A stretch of 41,771 nt of DNA, taken from assembly GCF_001194135.2 (NCBI RefSeq), contig NC_068984.1, positions 34,395,771-34,437,541 of the forward strand. Reading direction: 5' to 3'. Position 1 is the first letter of the stretch. The number at the start of each line of letters is the position of its first letter. A model generated the notes under the pieces. It was not told the origin of the DNA, did not search any database, and saw only the letters and a list, made by a program, of their open reading frames with translations. Positions 36,887 through 41,771 of this stretch are shown here, in pieces. Origin of the DNA: Octopus bimaculoides (taxonomy: Eukaryota). Position numbers and translations under genes: made by a program.

Positions 36887-36923
36887 TCTTTCTGTTGAAG
36901 AGCGTAGCTCGAAACGTCAAAGA
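36887..36923 (+). ncRNA. Minimal type-I hammerhead-like motif with CUGUUGA core
   Basis: Plus strand: TCTTT-CTGTTGA-A-GAGC(GTA)GCTC-GAAA-CG-TC-AAAGA. Stems I and II pair perfectly, with a GUC cleavage triplet; core position 6 is U instead of A. Confidence 0.65.
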
Positions 36924-37011
36924 CTTTCCGTATTCCCGAGCGTCATACTAATATATCCTTTTGTTATTTACACCACCTGTCCTCGTCTGTTGTTATTATT
37001 TGTATATTCTC

Positions 37012-37044
<33 letters not shown>

Positions 37045-37356
37045 NNNNNNNNNNNNNNNNNNNNNNNNNNNNNNNNNNNNNNNNNNNNNNNNNNNNNNNN
37101 NNNNNNNNNNNNNNNNNNNNNNNNNNNNNNNNNNNNNNNNNNNNNNNNNNNNNNNNNNNNNNNNNNNNNNNNNNNNNNNNNNNNNNNNNNNNNNNNNNNN
37201 NNNNNNNNNNNNNNNNNNNNNNNNNNNNNNNNNNNNNNNNNNNNNNNNNNNNNNNNNNNNNNNNNNNNNNNNNNNNNNNNNNNNNNNNNNNNNNNNNNNN
37301 NNNNNNNNNNNNNNNNNNNNNNNNNNNNNNNNNNNNNNNNNNNNNNNNNNNNNNNN

Positions 37357-37419
<63 letters not shown>

Positions 37420-39856
37420 TATATATTAGTCGGCAAGACGACAAATTTTGCAAGATACTTTGTCTTAGTAACTGAAATTTCTGCAATTGTTACAAATACC
37501 TATTTCATCTACCTGAAGTTATTAACCGTATGTACAGTCGACTTGCGAGAAATACCTCTAATAAAGCACCCTACTGTTTTAAAAAGGGAAAGTAAACATT
37601 AGGTAATGGAAATCCAGATATCCTCCAAAAAAGGGCCGGATAGTCACAACTGAAATACTTTTCATCATAGATTTGCTTCGGGGATATACAACGTCAACAA
37701 CAACAACAACAACAAAAGTCTGATATGGTTTCAATTCAGAATATAGAATGAGAGAATTGATATCACCCACTCGTTGTCTTAGCACAGCAATTTGCTGCTC
37801 CAAATAAATTGCAAATCACCGAGGAACCTGAGATTATTTTATGCTTTTGTATGTAGCCTGATTTCTATTTTAAGATATATATTTATCTATGTATTTTTTA
37901 GTATTTAATTCCAAACAACATGTTGTTTCGATTATAGGAACGCATGCTGAAACATTATGTTACCTACACAGAGTTTAAAAATATATCGTTGTATATACGC
38001 ATGTGTATATGCACATATGAATCAGCGATTCGATGCATGGTATTTCACTACAACATTGAAATTGTAAAGATTGAAATAGTAGACGATTTGGATAATTGAT
38101 ACACGGTTTTAACGTTACAATAAGCGATATGACTCGTTGACATGAACACAGAGATAATTCCTTTCAAACAATCAAATTTTCAGCGCTACGAACACCAAAA
38201 AAAAACACTCTCACAAGCGTATATATGCTATATATGATACACACATATATATATATTAGTTGTTACCGAATGAAGTAAAAGTTCAAATTAGGCGATCGGT
38301 AAGACCGATTGTGTGTGTGATGTGTGTGTGTGTGTGTGTGTGTATGAATGTGTGCGTGTGTGTGTGTGTGTGTGTGTGAGTGAGTGAGTGTGTGTGTGTT
38401 TCCTATGCATAGTAAGTTGTGTATGAGAGTTTAAATGAGGAAAACCTGTGCATTTTAGAATGAGTGAGGAACTTTATATAAATCTTATTTAAAAACTCTA
38501 TGCTTGTTTTGCGTGTAATGAAAACTTATTTCAGACTACTTGCAAACAGTTGGTATTAGACAAAAAGAAATAAAATGAAACAAAAAATAAAATTCTGAAA
38601 AGAAAACATGAAATACATGTGAAAGAAAATGAACATTAAAGAAATTCCCCTCAAACAGCAGAAAATTATGATTTAAGACAAGAAAAGGATTAATGAATTT
38701 ATAGTTATGTAAAAAAAAAAAACCTAGCTTAATTAACTTGAATGTATTCTTTAAAAAATACATAACAATATGGTATCTAATTAGTGAAACAAATAATATA
38801 ATCAAGTAATTGAAATGAGAAAAATACCATCAGTTCATTATCGATATCTTACGTGTGAATTTGTTATTGAACATTTATAAAGAATAAAATAATGCACTTG
38901 AAAATTCATATTATAGAAAAGAGATGAACAAATTTATAGAGGAAGTGAAAGAGGACATGACTTCAGAAACCGCAGGGGAATAATTTGGATAGTTGGATGC
39001 TCAATGCTCACAGACTGGGTTCAACCTCCCTATTTAATTTTTTTTGCTTTGTTTATTAATAAGAAAGTCATGTGTGAACTTATAAATATTTCTTCTATTT
39101 TGTATTCTTCAATTCTCAGAGAAGCTCATTTGCATGTGATACAATTTCTTTAATACTATCACCCACACCAAACTCCTAACATATTTAATGAGCTGAAGAA
39201 AATTACATAGAGGTTCATCAAGTATACACAGTGGTGCTATTCATTTTATACAGGGATCAAGTAATTTACGCAGAAATAGATATCATTGAGTGTATGATAA
39301 AAATAGCATGCTTGGAAACAAACAGCCGAATTTTACTTGTTGATTGTGTTAATATTAAGATTTCAGCACTAACACTCATGCATGCATTGTTATGACGATT
39401 CATCGTTCGTGTTTCATAGTTCGTTGTGTGCTGTTTTATTGTAATCACATGCCGTCAGGTATACGGCAATTTTTATTTAGTAGTTATTATTTTTTATGTA
39501 TATATTGATTTCAATTAGTCTATATTCACCAAATAGTTAACGCAACACACGCCTTTATACTGGCAAACATGAACGTGGAGACATGTGGCTAAGTGGTTAG
39601 TTTTTAAGCCCACGATCGTGAGGTCATGAGCTAGATTTCAAATGCGAACAGTGCGTTGAGTCCTTTTGCAATGTATTTCATTTAACGGTGCACCGTTCAG
39701 CTCACTTGCAACGAGTGTAGCAGATTGACGTTTTGTCAAAGTGGAAGTATTGTAGTCCGAGGTACGTATCATCTGAGAAGATGATATCATCTAGTATGTA
39801 TTTTTATTGAGCGTATTATAATAATATCTTTACTGAAAACTTTGCATAAAATAAGT

Positions 39857-39945
39857 TGCAGGCATGGCTGTATGGTAACAATATTGACTTCTCATCAACT
39901 TAAATTTGGGTTCAGTCCTTTGCGCGTCAATTTAGGCAAACTTCT
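39857..39945 (+). mobile_element. Decayed SINE family B head, interrupted by the 39953-40263 element
   Basis: gcaggcatggctgtatggtaac...gggttcagtcctttgcgcgtcaatttaggcaaacttcttc resembles the reverse-complemented heads at 12900-12993 and 18330-18425. Confidence 0.5.
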
Positions 39946-39952
39946 TCGATAA

Positions 39953-40101
39953 ATTATTTACAATTGACGGATATTTGCCCTTATCTTGTTTGTTGTAAAC
40001 ACAACGTTTCGGATGATATACCCTCCAGCGTTCATCAGGTGTCTTGGGGAAATTTCGAACCTGAGTTCTCATTCTTAAGGTATTTTTCGTTGTTGTTGTT
40101 G

Positions 40102-40176
<75 letters not shown>

Positions 40177-40263
40177 TTACTGACTGGAATCGAACGCGGA
40201 ATCTTCGGGTTGGTAACCGGCACTGTTAACTACTACGCCATATGCCCGTCAATTGTAAATAAT
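39953..40263 (-). mobile_element. tRNA-headed SINE with (AAT)n(AAC)n linker and hammerhead-containing tail, bracketed by 18-bp inverted repeats
   Basis: Minus strand head GGGCATA-TGGCGTAGTAG (A box)...GTTCGATTCC (B box, 40186-40195), then the microsatellite, then the tail with the hammerhead at 39998-40043. attatttacaattgacgg (39953-39970) is inverted at 40246-40263. Confidence 0.75.
39998..40043 (-). ncRNA. Minimal type-I hammerhead motif with degenerate stem II, in a SINE tail
   Basis: Minus strand: GACAC-CTGATGA-A-CGCTG(GAGGGTATAT)CATCC-GAAA-CG-TT-GTGTT. Core canonical, stem I 5 bp (one G-U), stem II has two mismatches. Confidence 0.65.
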
Positions 40264-41350
40264 GTAAATAATGTACATAATTCCTCTTCTTCTACGATAA
40301 ACCCGTACCAACCGATGTCACACGGGTGAAATTGATTTAGTAAAAGTGTGTAGTAGCATTCGTGTGTGTCTATATGTGTATGCGTGTCTGTTTAGATATA
40401 TCGACTAACCCTACAAGACCGTGCTATAGCATTGCTGTAGGCGAAAGTCTGACACACAAAAACAGAAAATGTCATATGCTACAGATAGAACACAGTCAAA
40501 GTATTAGGAGACATATATGAAGTTTGCTGTTCCGTTTTCCAGCATTTAGAAATTTCACTACCGCTAGGAGAATGTAATTCTGTACGGCATTATTTGACTT
40601 GTAATTTATTTCATTCACTCATGAGGGCTATAAGGTTTCTCGTGAGGGCTACTGGTAACATGGACACAATATAGCCTGTTACATGGTTTAGGTTATCGAC
40701 ATACCCACTAAACTTGCTTGGTGAGGAGGGCTGCTAGAAATTCAGCAGGACTAGAAATAAGACCTACCAAAAGGACATGATTGCATTGCTGTATTATTAT
40801 TTACGGCATTTGTATATAGCTACAAACAAACACACACATACATACACAACATTCGACACTCTTGAGAGATTTTAAACTTTTACACCATTTGTCATCGTCA
40901 GCGGAGCACAACAAGAAGAAACACAACTCGTGCTCTTAATACATCTTTTCATAGAAACCTCTCGTGAGCACAGGACTAGAAGTGTTTTCAGAAAATCGTG
41001 ATTTTGATTAGATTTAAGAATCTGTCTGTCGGAGATGTTGCTAACTTTGCCGAGCAAGAGTAAATTTGATACAACGTTTCGGCAGGAGGAGTTGGTTGAA
41101 AAGTTGAGTTTAATAGCACACTTGGTTACAAGCTTCCCTTAGAAATTCATTTGTTATAATATCTAACATCTGTCAAAAAGGCAATGTGGATACTTAACAC
41201 TGGCAAGAGAGTGTCAGAGAGATCTACTTGTCTTCTGTAAAATAGAAACGTGTTGCAATGTAGCTATTGCATTGAGTACACAGAATGTAATATGTATGCA
41301 TAGCAGCGTGATGTACATATGTATACAAACACACACACGCGCACACATGC

Positions 41351-41391
<41 letters not shown>

Positions 41392-41559
41392 CACACACAC
41401 ACATGCACACATATACGCAACACAACACACCACACAGAAAATTTTCTCAATTTATACATATATATGTACGTGTGTTTATAAAAAATATGTATATATACAT
41501 AGAGAAGCATATGAATATATATATATATATATAAACATATATATTAATATATATGCACA

Positions 41560-41755
41560 CGAGAGGGTGCTGAAAAGTGCCTGGCGTTAAGGCTATCAAG
41601 AATCACTCGGTTGGAGGTTCAACTTCCCAAGAAATTTTCGAGGGCTTTGAAAAACATAAGGACCGCAGCAAAAAGTATGTTGAATAAAATCCTAATCAGC
41701 TGATCCTCCTGTATTTTTTATTACCCAAAGCCAGGGGCTTTTCAGCAAAGTCTCG
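41560..41755 (+). mobile_element. Mariner-derived MITE, 196 bp
   Basis: TIRs cgagagggtgctgaaaagtgcctggc / gccaggggcttttcagcaaagtctcg; an internal remnant reads EGFEKHKDRSKKYVE*, like a mariner transposase C-terminus. Confidence 0.75.
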
Positions 41756-41771
41756 TGCATATATACATATG

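Noticed and set aside
37579-37830. Possible minus-strand exon after a CAG at ~37830
   Set aside because: No frame gives Ig-like or other recognisable sequence, and no clear donor follows.
40170-40247. tRNA-like sequences (also 2060-2132, 16120-16178, 36367-36410) as tRNA genes
   Set aside because: A/B boxes are present, but I cannot build a full cloverleaf with acceptor stem, and each continues into a SINE body.
135-41534. Dozens of ORFs rich in YI/HT/CV/LS/X in the supplied track
   Set aside because: They are translations of microsatellites and N-gaps, with no domain signal or splice support.

Overview
Eukaryotic, AT-rich, almost entirely intronic DNA with dense microsatellites and 12 N-gaps (~4.5 kb), nearly all bordered by simple repeats. 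The SINE families and overall architecture suggest a coleoid cephalopod, probably Octopus; this is an inference from recalled repeat families, not a database hit. The only host coding sequence I can support is one 150-nt phase 1-1 exon on the minus strand (25606-25755), encoding the N-terminal half of an Ig domain of a lachesin/IgLON/DIP-like adhesion protein. The rest is decayed mobile DNA: a Ty3/Gypsy (Mag-like) retrotransposon remnant, a DD34D mariner pseudogene, several tRNA-derived SINEs, five short inverted-repeat elements (MITE-like) and a Penelope-like 3' remnant. The most notable signal not explained by the ORF track is a set of five minimal type-I hammerhead ribozyme motifs from four sequence families, plus one weak candidate. 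One has a canonical core and full pairing, three have non-canonical cores (CCGAUGA twice, CUGUUGA once), and one forms the tail of a tRNA-headed SINE. Four of the five are in the sense of the host pre-mRNA. Other notable items are a tandemly triplicated tRNA-Ser primer-binding site and a pair of look-alike candidate microexons. There is no evidence for prokaryotic features, rRNA, true tRNA genes or CRISPR.
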